A program made the translations under genes and the position numbers. A DNA stretch of 64,000 nt from Alphaproteobacteria bacterium (GTDB lineage Bacteria; Pseudomonadota; Alphaproteobacteria; UBA828), in contig CBDCCI010000002.1 of assembly GCA_965214705.1 (NCBI GenBank), positions 448,001 through 512,000 of the forward strand, given 5' to 3'. Below, one piece after another: positions 1-10,466 of the stretch (its first letter is position 1; each line of letters opens with the position of its first letter). The notes under the pieces were generated by a model. It had not been told where the DNA came from. It was given only the letters and a program-made list of their open reading frames with translations, and made no database searches.

Positions 1-68
1 ATGGCCCATCGCAGCGGGGAAGCCAGTCTACGTCGTGTACGCCGGCCCGAAGATCACCAAGCAGTGAT

Positions 69-3041
69 TTGGCGATGGCGGTGGAGAACGTATCGGATGT
101 TCGCCTGATCGAGCGCTGGCTTCCGATCTCCAAACTCGGCATCGAGAGCACACGCGAGCGGACGCCGATGACACCATTCCCGGCTCCGAACCGTCTCCAT
201 GTCTGGTGGGCGCGGCGGCCGTTGGTGGCGTCGCGGGCCGCCGTTCTGGCTTCCCTGCTTCCGGCGGATGCGGACCGCGAGAAGTTCCTGCATGTGCTGG
301 GTATCCACGGCGATCCGGTGTTGGCACGCAACGCAATTGACCGAGCCCGAAGAACAGGGATCCGAGTGGACAATCCTTACGATTACAACCGGGCCTTCAG
401 TTACTCTCCAAGCCAGGATGATCTGGAGTGGCTCAAATCTAATCTCACCGACGCACCCCACGCTCTGACGGTTTTCGATCCGACTGCGGGCGGCGGAAGT
501 ATACCGTTTGAAACCGTCAGGATTGGTCTTACGGTAATGGCGAATGATCTCAATCCCGTAGCCGCCCTAATACTGAAGGGCACAGTGGAATGGCCCTCCA
601 GATTTGCTCAAGAAGCAAAGAGAGAATACGATTCCTTGGCCGGCAACTGGCGTGAACAGCTCGAAAAGCGTCTGTCGGAATTTTTCCCACAGAAAGATTT
701 GCCAGATCGACTAGACGTGACTTACCTCTGGGCGCGCACGATCGCCTGCCCCTACTGCGCGGGCCTTGTCCCGCTGTCTCCGAACTGGCGTCTGGCGCCG
801 GGCGGAACGGGGGTGCGGCTGAATCCGGCCCTCGCTTCGGGACCGGGTTCAGAAGGTCGGACCTGTTCATTCGAGATCGTGGGGAACGCGCGGGAGCATT
901 CGCAAGGCACGGTGTCGCGGGGGGACGGGGCGTGCCCATATACGGATTGCGGCCGCGTCATCGACGGCGACGAGATAAAAAGTCAGGCGCAGGCCGGCCA
1001 AATGGGCGAGCAACTCTACGCCGTCGTCTACAAGAAGAGCGTGCCTGGCAAGATCTTGAAATCCGGCAAGCGCGGCAAGGACCGATGGGTACGCGGTTAC
1101 CGTGCGCCGGTGCCAGGGGACGACAACAGCGCCGAAATCGCAGCGCGGCTCGCCGAGAAGCTCCCCGAGTGGGAGGCGCTCGACATGGTGCCGAACGAGA
1201 AGTTCCCCGAAGTCAGCAACGACGATCGCCCCATCCAGTACGGCATGCCGCTCTGGCGCGACCTGTTCTCGCCGCGCCAGCTTCTGTGCCACGGCACGAG
1301 CGTCGAGGTCTTCCGAGAGATGCTCGAAACGGACCGGGCGAACGGCGAGTTGACCGGCGTTCGCGAGGCGGCGTATGGGTACCTCGCCCTCAGCCTCGAT
1401 ACGATTTTGGACTACAACAATCGCGCGAGCTACTGGGACTCCATCACGGGAAGAGGAATACGGCACATATTCGCTCGTCACGATTTCGCCATTGTGTGGT
1501 CATATGCGGAAATGGCACCACTTGTAACCGGCGTGGGGTATGACTGGGCCATCTACAAAACCGTTAAGTGCATCGACGAGCTGGTCGCAATGGTCCGTCC
1601 CGAGGCGAAGGGCGAGAACGAGGATCTCTTCGAGGGCGCGAAAACCGCGGATTACGCGCCTCCGCCTATTACCATTTCCTGCAAGTCCGGCGATAGCCTC
1701 GACCATATTGCCGACGCCAGCATCGACGCGGTCGTCATGGATCCGCCCTACTACGACAACGTCATGTACGCGGAGTTGTCGGACTTCTTCTATGTCTGGC
1801 TCAAGCGCACCGCCGGCCACGTTTTTCCCGAACTGTTCCGTCGCAACCTGACCGACAAGGAGAGCGAAGCTGTTGCGAACGTGGCGCGGTTCCGGGGCGA
1901 GAAGGGCGCGAAGGCGCTTGCGGGCCGCGACTATCAGGAACGCATGGCGTCGATCTTCGCCGAGTGCCGCCGGGTGCTGAAGCCCGAAGGCATCATGACG
2001 CTCATGTTCACGCACAAGGCGACCGGCGCGTGGGATGCGCTCACTAAGGGGTTGATCGAGGCAGAATTCGCCATCACCGCCTCATGGCCGGTCAACACCG
2101 AGTCGGAAGGCGGACTACACATAAAGAACAAGGCTGCAGCAAAAAGTACGGTCCTTCTGGCATGCCGCCCACGCGGCAGCCGGGACGACGCGGGTGAAGT
2201 TGTCTACTGGGAGGATGTTGAGCCCCGTGTGGCAAAGGCGGTTCGCAAGCGGATCGGAGAGTTTCAGGAAGCGGGGATCGCTGGCGTCGATCTCTATCTG
2301 GCCTCGTTCGGTCCGGCGCTCGAAGAGTTTTCGCGCCATTGGCCGCTCAAGCGCGGCACGCCGCGCGAGATGCCGGACGAACGCCGAAGGCGGCGGCAGC
2401 AGGTATTGTTCGAGGACGAATGGGATCCCTACGCGGCGACGCCGGAGGACGCGTTCGACGCCGCGCGCCGCGAGGTCAAGCGCTGGCGCCTGGAGAAGCT
2501 GACACATCTGAAGGCGGATGCCGATCTCGATCCTTCGACCGCCTTCTTCGTGCTCGCCTGGGACGCCTTCCGGGCGCCGGTGTTCTCCTACGACGAAGCG
2601 TTGCGCTTGGCTCGCGCCGTAGGCGCGAACCTCGACGGCGACATCGTGGGCCGGCTGGCGGGGAAGAAGGGCAGCGACATCGTCCTGTGGGACAGTGCGT
2701 GCCGGGCGGCCAAAGGGGCGCTCGGTCCCGCGGACGGCTCGCGCGGCATGATCGATGCGATCCACCACGGCGCGAACCTGGCACGCATTCGATCGCTCGC
2801 CGCCGCCCGGGAATCGCTCACCGGCACAATGGTGGACCGGGACCCCCATTTCTTCGCGGCCCTCGAGGCGGTGCTGGAGGTTCTGCCGGTTTCCCGAGCC
2901 TTCTCGGGCATCGACCTCGAAGGCGAGGCCGCAGCCTCGGGCGACGACTTCGAGGTTCTCTACAATCTGAGCCGCCTGGCCTACAGCGATCACGTCGATG
3001 AGCCCGAGCAGCTCAGGCTCTGGCGCGACGATGAACCCTGA
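69..3041 (+). CDS. DUF1156-domain adenine-specific DNA methyltransferase
   Basis: LHVWWARRPL N-terminal DUF1156 signature, DPTAGGGSIP SAM-binding motif, CPYC zinc ribbon, DPPYY catalytic motif; the true start may be the ATG at 75. Confidence 0.9.
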   Translation: MAMAVENVSDVRLIERWLPISKLGIESTRERTPMTPFPAPNRLHVWWARRPLVASRAAVLASLLPADADREKFLHVLGIHGDPVLARNAIDRARRTGIRVDNPYDYNRAFSYSPSQDDLEWLKSNLTDAPHALTVFDPTAGGGSIPFETVRIGLTVMANDLNPVAALILKGTVEWPSRFAQEAKREYDSLAGNWREQLEKRLSEFFPQKDLPDRLDVTYLWARTIACPYCAGLVPLSPNWRLAPGGTGVRLNPALASGPGSEGRTCSFEIVGNAREHSQGTVSRGDGACPYTDCGRVIDGDEIKSQAQAGQMGEQLYAVVYKKSVPGKILKSGKRGKDRWVRGYRAPVPGDDNSAEIAARLAEKLPEWEALDMVPNEKFPEVSNDDRPIQYGMPLWRDLFSPRQLLCHGTSVEVFREMLETDRANGELTGVREAAYGYLALSLDTILDYNNRASYWDSITGRGIRHIFARHDFAIVWSYAEMAPLVTGVGYDWAIYKTVKCIDELVAMVRPEAKGENEDLFEGAKTADYAPPPITISCKSGDSLDHIADASIDAVVMDPPYYDNVMYAELSDFFYVWLKRTAGHVFPELFRRNLTDKESEAVANVARFRGEKGAKALAGRDYQERMASIFAECRRVLKPEGIMTLMFTHKATGAWDALTKGLIEAEFAITASWPVNTESEGGLHIKNKAAAKSTVLLACRPRGSRDDAGEVVYWEDVEPRVAKAVRKRIGEFQEAGIAGVDLYLASFGPALEEFSRHWPLKRGTPREMPDERRRRRQQVLFEDEWDPYAATPEDAFDAARREVKRWRLEKLTHLKADADLDPSTAFFVLAWDAFRAPVFSYDEALRLARAVGANLDGDIVGRLAGKKGSDIVLWDSACRAAKGALGPADGSRGMIDAIHHGANLARIRSLAAARESLTGTMVDRDPHFFAALEAVLEVLPVSRAFSGIDLEGEAAASGDDFEVLYNLSRLAYSDHVDEPEQLRLWRDDEP

Positions 3042-3043
3042 CC

Positions 3044-6000
3044 ATGCTGCGGGATCGCGAATGGCGGCTCAAATACACTGCCGAGGACGGCGATCTCGTC
3101 CGGCTGTTCTACATCCCGGCGCTTGAGGACGCGGAGCGCTACGATCGGCTGACCGGGTATTTCAACGCGGGCGCCCTGGCACTCGCTGCGCGCGGCATCG
3201 AAGGTCTGGTGCGAAACGACGGTCGCATGAGGCTCGTCGTCGGCTGTACCCTGGACCCGCCGGAGATCGACGCGATCGAGCGGGGCGAGCAACTCCGCAG
3301 CCTCGTCGAAAGGCGCCTGACCGGCTTTCCGCTTGCCCCGCCCGATCCGGCGTCGGCCGGCGCGCTTGAACTGCTGGCGTGGATGGTCGCGCGCGGATTC
3401 CTTGAAGTGAAGGTCGCCGTCCCTTGCGACGCGGCCGGCACGCCGGTCGCGGAGGACGGCATCTTTCACGAGAAGACCGGGATCGTCGAGGATCGGGTCG
3501 GCGACCGGCTCGCATGGTCGGGGAGCCTGAACGAGACCGGCGCCGGCTGGCGGAGCAACTGGGAGAGCATCGGCGTCTATACCAGTTGGGGACCCGAGCC
3601 CGGACGTGTCGATGAGGAGGAAACGAACTTCGCGCGCATCTGGGCCGGAAAGGCGAAGCGCGTGATCGTGATGGACGTGCCGGAGGCGGCACGCCGGGAT
3701 CTGATGCGCTTCATGCCGGCAACGGACATGCCGGCCCAACTTGAACCGAAGTCGGGCGACGAGCCGTCGGAGCGGTCCGTTGGCGATGCCGGGCCCCCGC
3801 CGCTTCCGGCCACGACTCCTGCTGCGCCGCCGAAGGGTGACTTGCGGGGCCGGGTCTGGAGATTCATTCGGGAGGCGCCGTCGCGTGCGCACGGCGGCGA
3901 GCGGGTCGGCGAGGCGACCGCGGCGGTCGATCCCTGGCCGCATCAGGCGAGGGCTTTCGAGCGCCTGTACGGCGACTGGCCGCCGAGGCTCCTGATTGCG
4001 GACGAGGTGGGGCTCGGCAAGACCGTCCAGGCGGGCATGCTGCTGCGCCAGGCTTGGCTCGCCGAACGCACCAGGCGCATCCTGGTGCTCACGCCCAAGG
4101 CCGTGCTCCGCCAATGGCAGATCGAACTGCGGGAGAAGTTCAACCTCAACTGGCCGATCTACGACGGCGGCAAGCTGACATGGTATCCGTCGCCGGCGAT
4201 GAGGGGCCGTGACGAGCGCGAGGCCGGACGCGGGGACTGGCATCGCGAGCCCGCCGTGATCGCGTCGAGCCAGTTGATGCGCCGGAGCGATCGCGTAGCG
4301 GAGCTCCTCGAACGGGCGGAGCCGTGGGATCTGGTGGTGCTCGACGAGGCGCATCACGCGCGGCGGCGCGGCGCGGGCAGCCAGCGCGACGGCGGGCCCA
4401 ACACGCTGCTCAGGCTGATGCGGGGCCTGAAGGACCGCACGGCGGGGCTGGTCCTGCTGACCGCGACGCCGATGCAGGTACACCCCATAGAGGTCTGGGA
4501 CCTGCTCGACCTGCTGGGTTTGCCGCCCGAATGGACATCGAAGGCGTTTCTCGAGTTCTTCGACAATGTCGATCAGCCGAGCCCCTCGGCGGAGGCGTTG
4601 GAGCGGATGGCTTCGCTATTCAAGGCGGCGGAGCGTGCCTACGGCGAGTTCGAGATTTCCGATGCGCAGCGCATGACGGGGCTGTCCCGGCTGAAGGTCA
4701 AAAGGGTTCTCAGTGCGTTGCGCGACGCGGCGAGCATTCCACGCCGGCAACTGGAGACCGCTGAACGACGGGCGGCAGTCGACATCATGCGTGCGGGGGC
4801 GCCGATACGCAGGCTGGTCTCGAGGAACACCCGCGAACTGCTTCGGCGCTACTTCCAGAAAGGAATGATGACCACGCCGGTCGCGGAGCGTCAGGTAGAG
4901 GATTGCTTCCTGGAGGTGTCGGACGCGGAACGCGGCATCTACGACGCGGTCGAGGACTACATCGCCGGCGCGTACAGCCGCGCGAGCGGCAAGGAGCGCA
5001 CGGCCGTAGGGTTCGTCATGACGGTCTACCGCCGACGGCTCGCCAGCAGCTTCGTGGCGCTGCGCGAGACGCTGCAGAAGCGCCGCGCCGCGATCGATGA
5101 CGGGGGACGCTCGGAACTGTTCGGCCTCGACGAGGACCTCCCGGACGACGAAGCCGCGGATGAAGCGGCCGATCCCGACGAGGCGGCAAGACTCGAACGG
5201 AGCGCCCTCGCCCACGAACAGAAAGCCGAGATCGACGGTCTGCTCGGCGCGATCGGCCGCCTGCCGCCGGACAGCAAGCTCGGCAGCCTCAAGGACGTTC
5301 TGCGCGAACTGCGCCGGGCGGGCTACGGCCAGGCGATGGTGTTCACCCAGTACACCGATACCATGGACTTCCTGCGCGAGGCGCTGGTCGAAGACGGCGA
5401 ATGGCGGCTGCTCTGCTTCTCCGGGCGCGGCGGCGAAGCGCCTGGAGCGGACGGCGCGTGGCGCACTATCGGCAGGGACGATGCGAAACGGCGGTTCCGG
5501 GACCGGGAAGCCGACGTGCTGCTGTGCACCGACGCGGCGGCCGAGGGCCTGAACTTCCAGTTCTGCGGCGCGCTGGTGAATTACGACATGCCGTGGAACC
5601 CCATGCGGGTGGAGCAGCGCATCGGACGCATCGACCGGTTGGGTCAGAAGCACGCGACCATCCGCATCATCAACCTGCACTACGAGGGGACGGTGGAAAC
5701 CGATATCTACCGCGCTCTCCGGGATCGCATCGGCCTCTTCCAGTCCGTGGTGGGGCCGCTGCAGCCAATTCTTGCCCGTTTGCCCGGGAGAATTTCGCAG
5801 TGCGTGCTTGCCGGCAAAGGCCGTGACGCTCGCGAGCGCGCAAATCTCGTCGATACCATCGAACGCGAGGCGAACGAACGCCGCGACTCGGGGTTCAATA
5901 TCGACGCGATAACGGAGAGCGATCTCGCCATGCCGGAGCGTCTGCCGTCGACCGTCACCATGGAGGACCTGGACCGAATAGTCGGATCCGGCGATCTCAT

Positions 6001-6232
6001 GGCGCCGGGCGTCGAAATCCAGCGGATGGGGCATCGGGAGTACGGTCTGCTGGCGCCGGGCATGAGCGAGCCGCTTCGTGTGACGACGGATCCGGAGTAT
6101 TTCGAGGAGCACGCCGAAAGCGTGGAACTCTGGTCGCCTGGCAATCCCCTCTTCATTGCGCCGGAGTTCGCGGACGGTGTGGATCTGGACCCGTCGCACG
6201 GGACGCTGAAGGACATCCTGGATGGGGGTTGA
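3044..6232 (+). CDS. Phospholipase D-like nuclease domain fused to SNF2-family helicase
   Basis: FHEKTG...SGSLNET PLD motif; IADEVGLGKT, DEAHH, TATP, EGLNFQ and QRIGRIDR SF2 motifs; 2 bp after the methylase. Confidence 0.9.
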   Translation: MLRDREWRLKYTAEDGDLVRLFYIPALEDAERYDRLTGYFNAGALALAARGIEGLVRNDGRMRLVVGCTLDPPEIDAIERGEQLRSLVERRLTGFPLAPPDPASAGALELLAWMVARGFLEVKVAVPCDAAGTPVAEDGIFHEKTGIVEDRVGDRLAWSGSLNETGAGWRSNWESIGVYTSWGPEPGRVDEEETNFARIWAGKAKRVIVMDVPEAARRDLMRFMPATDMPAQLEPKSGDEPSERSVGDAGPPPLPATTPAAPPKGDLRGRVWRFIREAPSRAHGGERVGEATAAVDPWPHQARAFERLYGDWPPRLLIADEVGLGKTVQAGMLLRQAWLAERTRRILVLTPKAVLRQWQIELREKFNLNWPIYDGGKLTWYPSPAMRGRDEREAGRGDWHREPAVIASSQLMRRSDRVAELLERAEPWDLVVLDEAHHARRRGAGSQRDGGPNTLLRLMRGLKDRTAGLVLLTATPMQVHPIEVWDLLDLLGLPPEWTSKAFLEFFDNVDQPSPSAEALERMASLFKAAERAYGEFEISDAQRMTGLSRLKVKRVLSALRDAASIPRRQLETAERRAAVDIMRAGAPIRRLVSRNTRELLRRYFQKGMMTTPVAERQVEDCFLEVSDAERGIYDAVEDYIAGAYSRASGKERTAVGFVMTVYRRRLASSFVALRETLQKRRAAIDDGGRSELFGLDEDLPDDEAADEAADPDEAARLERSALAHEQKAEIDGLLGAIGRLPPDSKLGSLKDVLRELRRAGYGQAMVFTQYTDTMDFLREALVEDGEWRLLCFSGRGGEAPGADGAWRTIGRDDAKRRFRDREADVLLCTDAAAEGLNFQFCGALVNYDMPWNPMRVEQRIGRIDRLGQKHATIRIINLHYEGTVETDIYRALRDRIGLFQSVVGPLQPILARLPGRISQCVLAGKGRDARERANLVDTIEREANERRDSGFNIDAITESDLAMPERLPSTVTMEDLDRIVGSGDLMAPGVEIQRMGHREYGLLAPGMSEPLRVTTDPEYFEEHAESVELWSPGNPLFIAPEFADGVDLDPSHGTLKDILDGG

Positions 6233-6239
6233 TCGACCG

Positions 6240-7413
6240 TCGATGTGGGAACGGTTTCGGGCCTGATGTCGGCGGCGTGAACCGGGCGAGCGAAGACTTG
6301 GGCAATCGGAATCGAACAGGAGGCTACTGCGATCACACTGTCCTTCGTGTTGCTCGGCGCGTAGATTGCACGCCGATCGGCGCGATAAGCTATTGAAGTG
6401 GCTTGATACTAGGGGGTCACAATTGCACCCCGAGCAACACTCTCGACCGAGAGGTGCGCGTCCTGTGCTGCTACGAGGGCTTCTGGCTGGCTCGCTGGCT
6501 GGAACAGAAGATGTCCATCGAGACGGTGGTGCTCGATCCGGCGAGCCTGTTGGTGAACCGGAAGGCGAAGCAGCGCAAGACGGATCGGATCGATGCGAAG
6601 AAGATGGTGCGCGCCCTTCTCGCCCATGACCGGGGTGACGCCGCAGTGCTGAGCCGTGTGCGGGTTCCGAGCGTCGAGGAGGAGGATCGCAAGCGGCTGC
6701 TTCGCGAGCGTCGGCGCCTGGTGAAGGAGCGGACCTCGCTGACCAACTCGATCAAGGGGCTGCTGAAACTGCACGGCATCTTCCACTTGAACCCTCGTCT
6801 CAAAGCCTTTGAGGCGCAGTTCGCCGAGTTGATGACCGCGTGCGGCTCGCCGCTCCCGCCGCTAGCACGGCAGGAGATCGAGCGGCTCAAAGAGCGACTG
6901 TCCCTCGTGGAGCGGCAGATCGCAGAGGTCGAGGCCGAGCGAGATGGAGTCGCGAAGACGGGTGCGGAGTTCTCGATCGCGGACGCGCCGGAAGGCAGCA
7001 ACGAACAGGCGGCGGCGAAGATTGCAACGCTGACCCGGCTGAAGGGGATCGGTGAGAACGACGCGACTGTGCTCACCCATGAGATCTTCTACCGCGGCTT
7101 CCGCAATCGCCGCGAGCTCGCGGCCTGGGTCGGCGTGACGCCCGCGCCTTGGGCGAGCGGGAACACTCAGCGGGACCAGGGGATCGGCCGAGATGGCCCC
7201 GGCTGGATCCGGCAGCAGCTCATCCAAATGGCCTGGCGATGGTTGCAACATCAGCCCGAGAGCGCGCTCTCGATATGGTTTGAAGATCGCACTGCAGGAG
7301 CGCGAGGGCGGATACGCCGGGTGATGATCGTCGCTCTCGCCCGGAAGCTGCTGATCGCTCTCTGGCGGTTCTCCGAAACCGGTCTCGTGCCGACAGGCGC
7401 CAAGCTTGTCTGA
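6240..7413 (+). pseudogene. IS110/IS1111-family transposase with degenerate 5' end
   Basis: YEGFWL, KTDRIDA and WASG motifs; the N-terminal AKTWAIGI segment (~6290) is separated from the main ORF by a stop and indels; left boundary uncertain. Confidence 0.85.
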
Positions 7414-7749
7414 CCGCGAGACCTCATCATTCCAGTGCAGTCGGACGCGGCTGGCACTGGGCCGGGTGGCGAGTGACCGGGTATTCGCTGGGCTGAAAGA
7501 CGCCGTAAATCAGAGTGGTCCCGCCTCCGGAACGCTGCGCCCGCAGCAAGCGGGATTGGGGGACGGATCCGGCACACCCTTGCCGGCAACCGCCCGGATA
7601 AGAGCTTGGTATGCGCACTTGAGGCGCGACCGGTGCAAGAAGCGTTCGACCCGGTGGCGAAAGCGACTAGCGATCCTGCCAACTCAGAGGAGGCGAGGCA
7701 TGTGATAGCCAGCGCTAGCCTTCTGACTTGACCCAGACAGCCCCATAAG
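7414..7749 (+). ncRNA. IS1111 downstream non-coding region (putative bridge/seek RNA) and right end
   Basis: About 335-nt NCR sharing motifs with 36989-37333 (TCGGACGCG, GTGACCG, GGTCCCGCCTCC, CCGGATAAGAG); ends CCCCAT-AAG. Confidence 0.7.
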
Positions 7750-7912
7750 AGCAAATAAGCGCACTATTCGACAGTCATCAACACCGAGTGCAAACTGAGT
7801 CCCCGAACCTGTTCTTCAATTCGCAACCAACTACCGCTCCAAGAGCGATATTGTAAGACGGCAATTGACCTATCTACACTCTTTCGCGCGTGGCGCTCAT
7901 TTTCGCCTACAT

Positions 7913-8710
7913 TCACTTGTCATCGACATATCTTCGAACCGTTTCCGATAACGTCGTCCACGACGCCGCTCTCCTGCCATCTGCGTTCCGGCCATTCCAA
8001 GCATGAGGACTTACATAAAGGTCGAATCCTTTGTACCCGATGTGGTTCGCCCAAAACCTGAGTTGCGAAACTACACAGTCCGGCACTTCATGCGCGTCAA
8101 ACACGTCACTCATAAGTTTTCTCTTGAGTCCCGGTTCCTGCGTTGCATACTCCCACAAAAGCCAATCTAGGTCGTAGTTTCCAAACTCAGGCGGTCTTGT
8201 CCTGTACTTCGCTTCATCCTTGGCCACTTCATTGGTGTAGTTGTCGATCATTTCGCACACGATGAGGGCAATCTCATCCCGGGACAGAAGATAAGAATGC
8301 AGGCTGCCAAGGAACTCAGCCAGCCTTACAATCCACCTTCCTCTGTCGGACATGACGTCCAGTCTGACGGTTCGTTCGTCTCCTTCGGTTACGCCAATAT
8401 GGATATACCGTTCATGGATGATCGCACCAAGCAAAACTATGATGCCGACGTCGTTCCTGTTGGAGTATCTGTTATTCGCCGCAAACGACCTGGAAGGTTC
8501 AAATTCCAGCAGCTCAATTGCTTGTTTTGTTTTTCGTGCTTTGTCTATTTCTTCGACGATCGGCCTCATTCTCACTGACAGATCTACTACGTGATAGGGA
8601 TAACCGACAAACTCCTTACCCACCCTCATGACTGAACTCATGTGACGCTTCGCTTCCTGAACTCGATTGTACAAGCATGACGGATACAGGGCCATTTTCA
8701 TCGCCTCCAA
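7913..8710 (-). CDS. Hypothetical protein of lower GC
   Basis: 265-aa ORF in a segment visibly more AT-rich than its flanks; no motif recognised. Confidence 0.6.
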   Translation of the reverse strand: MEAMKMALYPSCLYNRVQEAKRHMSSVMRVGKEFVGYPYHVVDLSVRMRPIVEEIDKARKTKQAIELLEFEPSRSFAANNRYSNRNDVGIIVLLGAIIHERYIHIGVTEGDERTVRLDVMSDRGRWIVRLAEFLGSLHSYLLSRDEIALIVCEMIDNYTNEVAKDEAKYRTRPPEFGNYDLDWLLWEYATQEPGLKRKLMSDVFDAHEVPDCVVSQLRFWANHIGYKGFDLYVSPHAWNGRNADGRRAASWTTLSETVRRYVDDK

Positions 8711-9084
8711 ACTACTGGCCGCTCAACTCGAGACCATCCGACATCTCAGCCTCGCATTACGGGATGCCCGATTCTCACACGGGCGAAAGCGGGTGAACAG
8801 GCGCAACGCTCCTATATGTGCGTCTACATGCGTCGCCTTTCGATCCGGTCCTTGCCTCACCCTGCAGCGACCCTGCGCGCAACCGTACGTTCCGAGCTCC
8901 CGACCGTCGCGGACCCGGATCGCATCGGCGCCGCGGCTGACCGGGTCGCCACGCCTGCCGGCATCCAGCCGCGGTGTCACCTTCAGGTCATGAACCTAGC
9001 GGGCTTGCGGCTCGCGCCTGCCGCAGGCTGCCGCAAACGTACGGGGCCGGGTAGGAGGGGTCGTTGCCGAGCCCCTCCCCCGCA

Positions 9085-9545
9085 GTTGCGGTAGGAATGC
9101 GCATTGCTGCGCACCCCCCGCGCAGATCCGGACATGGTCGCTAAACCATCCGGCTCCTACCTCGGGTGATTGACGGCAAACCGCTGGTCCGGCCATGGGT
9201 GGCGGATTGAGGCGCGTGGCCACAGGATTTCGGTCATGCGCTCCAGCCGCTTCCAGTTGAAGTGGGCTCGCTGGGACCGCCGGCGCAGCGCCCGCATCCA
9301 CAGGCGTTGCAGCCTGCGGTGGAACGAGCGGATGAACCGGCTCGACCCTGGGACGGCGAAGTAGTTGAGCCAGCCATGGTAGACCTGCCCGAGCCACATG
9401 CCGACTTCCCAGATGTCGTGGTGCCAGCGCTTGCAGAGCACCTCGTCGATGCGCGCCAGGGTCCTGACGACCCGTTTCGCGACCGGTTTGCGACCAAGCC
9501 GAAAGCGTCCTCGCCGGGTCGTCGTGCAGTAGTGCGTGAAGCCCA
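9085..9545 (-). mobile_element. Group II intron 3' remnant (RT/maturase C-terminus plus domains V and VI)
   Basis: LGFTHYC...GWLNYFAV...HPR* maturase, followed by GAGCCGGATG...GTCCGGATCTGCGCGGGGGG (DV) and a DVI ending CCTACCGCAAC. Confidence 0.88.
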
Positions 9546-10440
9546 GCTCGCGCTCGCCTGGCTCGCCGGCCGGGCCGCCATATGGTGGAGCAACGCAATC
9601 GGCCCGGTTCCGACGGCTCTCCTCGATCTCGTCTTTCTGGCCGGACTCGCGGTCTTCGTCGCCAACGAGATCGTCGCAGGCCGCAATTGGCGCAACCTGC
9701 CGGTCCTCGCCGGGCTCGGGCTGATGGTCGCCGCCAACGTGCTGTTCCACCTCTCCGCGATGGACGCGGCGAACCTCGAGGAGGTTGCCGTTCGGCTTTC
9801 AATCGCCGTGGTGTCGCTGCTGCTGGCGTTGGTCGGCGGGCGCATCGTGCCGAGCTTCACGCGCAACTGGTTCGCGAAGCGGGACGGCCCGAAGATCGCG
9901 GCGCCCATGGGCAGGTTCGACAAAGTCACGCTCGCCGTGACGGGGGTGGGACTGGCGACCTGGGTGGCATCGGCGCCGGCGCCGGTTGCGGGCGGTCTCC
10001 TGACCGCAGCGGGTCTGCTCCACCTCGCGCGGCTCGCGCGCTGGCGCGGCTGGAGGACGCTGGCCGAGCCGCTTCTGACCATATTGCATGTCGGCTATCT
10101 GTGGCTCGCCATCGGCCTCGGCCTGCTTGGGGTCTCCCTGCTCGGGGAGTCGGTGTCCGAGGCAATGGCACTGCACGTGCTGACCATCGGCGCGATGGCA
10201 AGCATGACGCTCGCGGTCATGACGCGTGCGATCCGCGGCCACACCGGACGCGATCTCCACGCCGGGCCCTGGGTCGTGGCGATCTACGTTTTGGCCACGG
10301 TGCCGGTGTTCACGCGCGCAGCCTTCGAAATCGCTTACGAGGTCAGTCTCCTGTGGGCAACCGCCGGCGCCTGGTCTCTCGCTTTCGCGCTGTTTGCGGC
10401 TGTCCATGCGCCGATGGTGTTCGGGCCGCCCAAATCTTGA
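9546..10440 (+). pseudogene. nnrS: NnrS-family membrane protein, 5'-truncated
   Basis: GRNWRN, GGRIVPSFTRNW, LHVGYLW and RAIRGHTGR motifs; N-terminus replaced by the intron remnant. Confidence 0.8.
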
Positions 10441-10466
10441 GCCCGGATGGGGTCGGTTTGCCGGGC

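Noticed and set aside
9085-9545. RT linked to CRISPR, a retron or a DGR
   Set aside because: Only a maturase tail with DV/DVI remains, with no catalytic RT core, about 29 kb from the cas genes
9262-10440. 392-aa full-length NnrS
   Set aside because: The first ~95 codons are the antisense strand of the intron maturase
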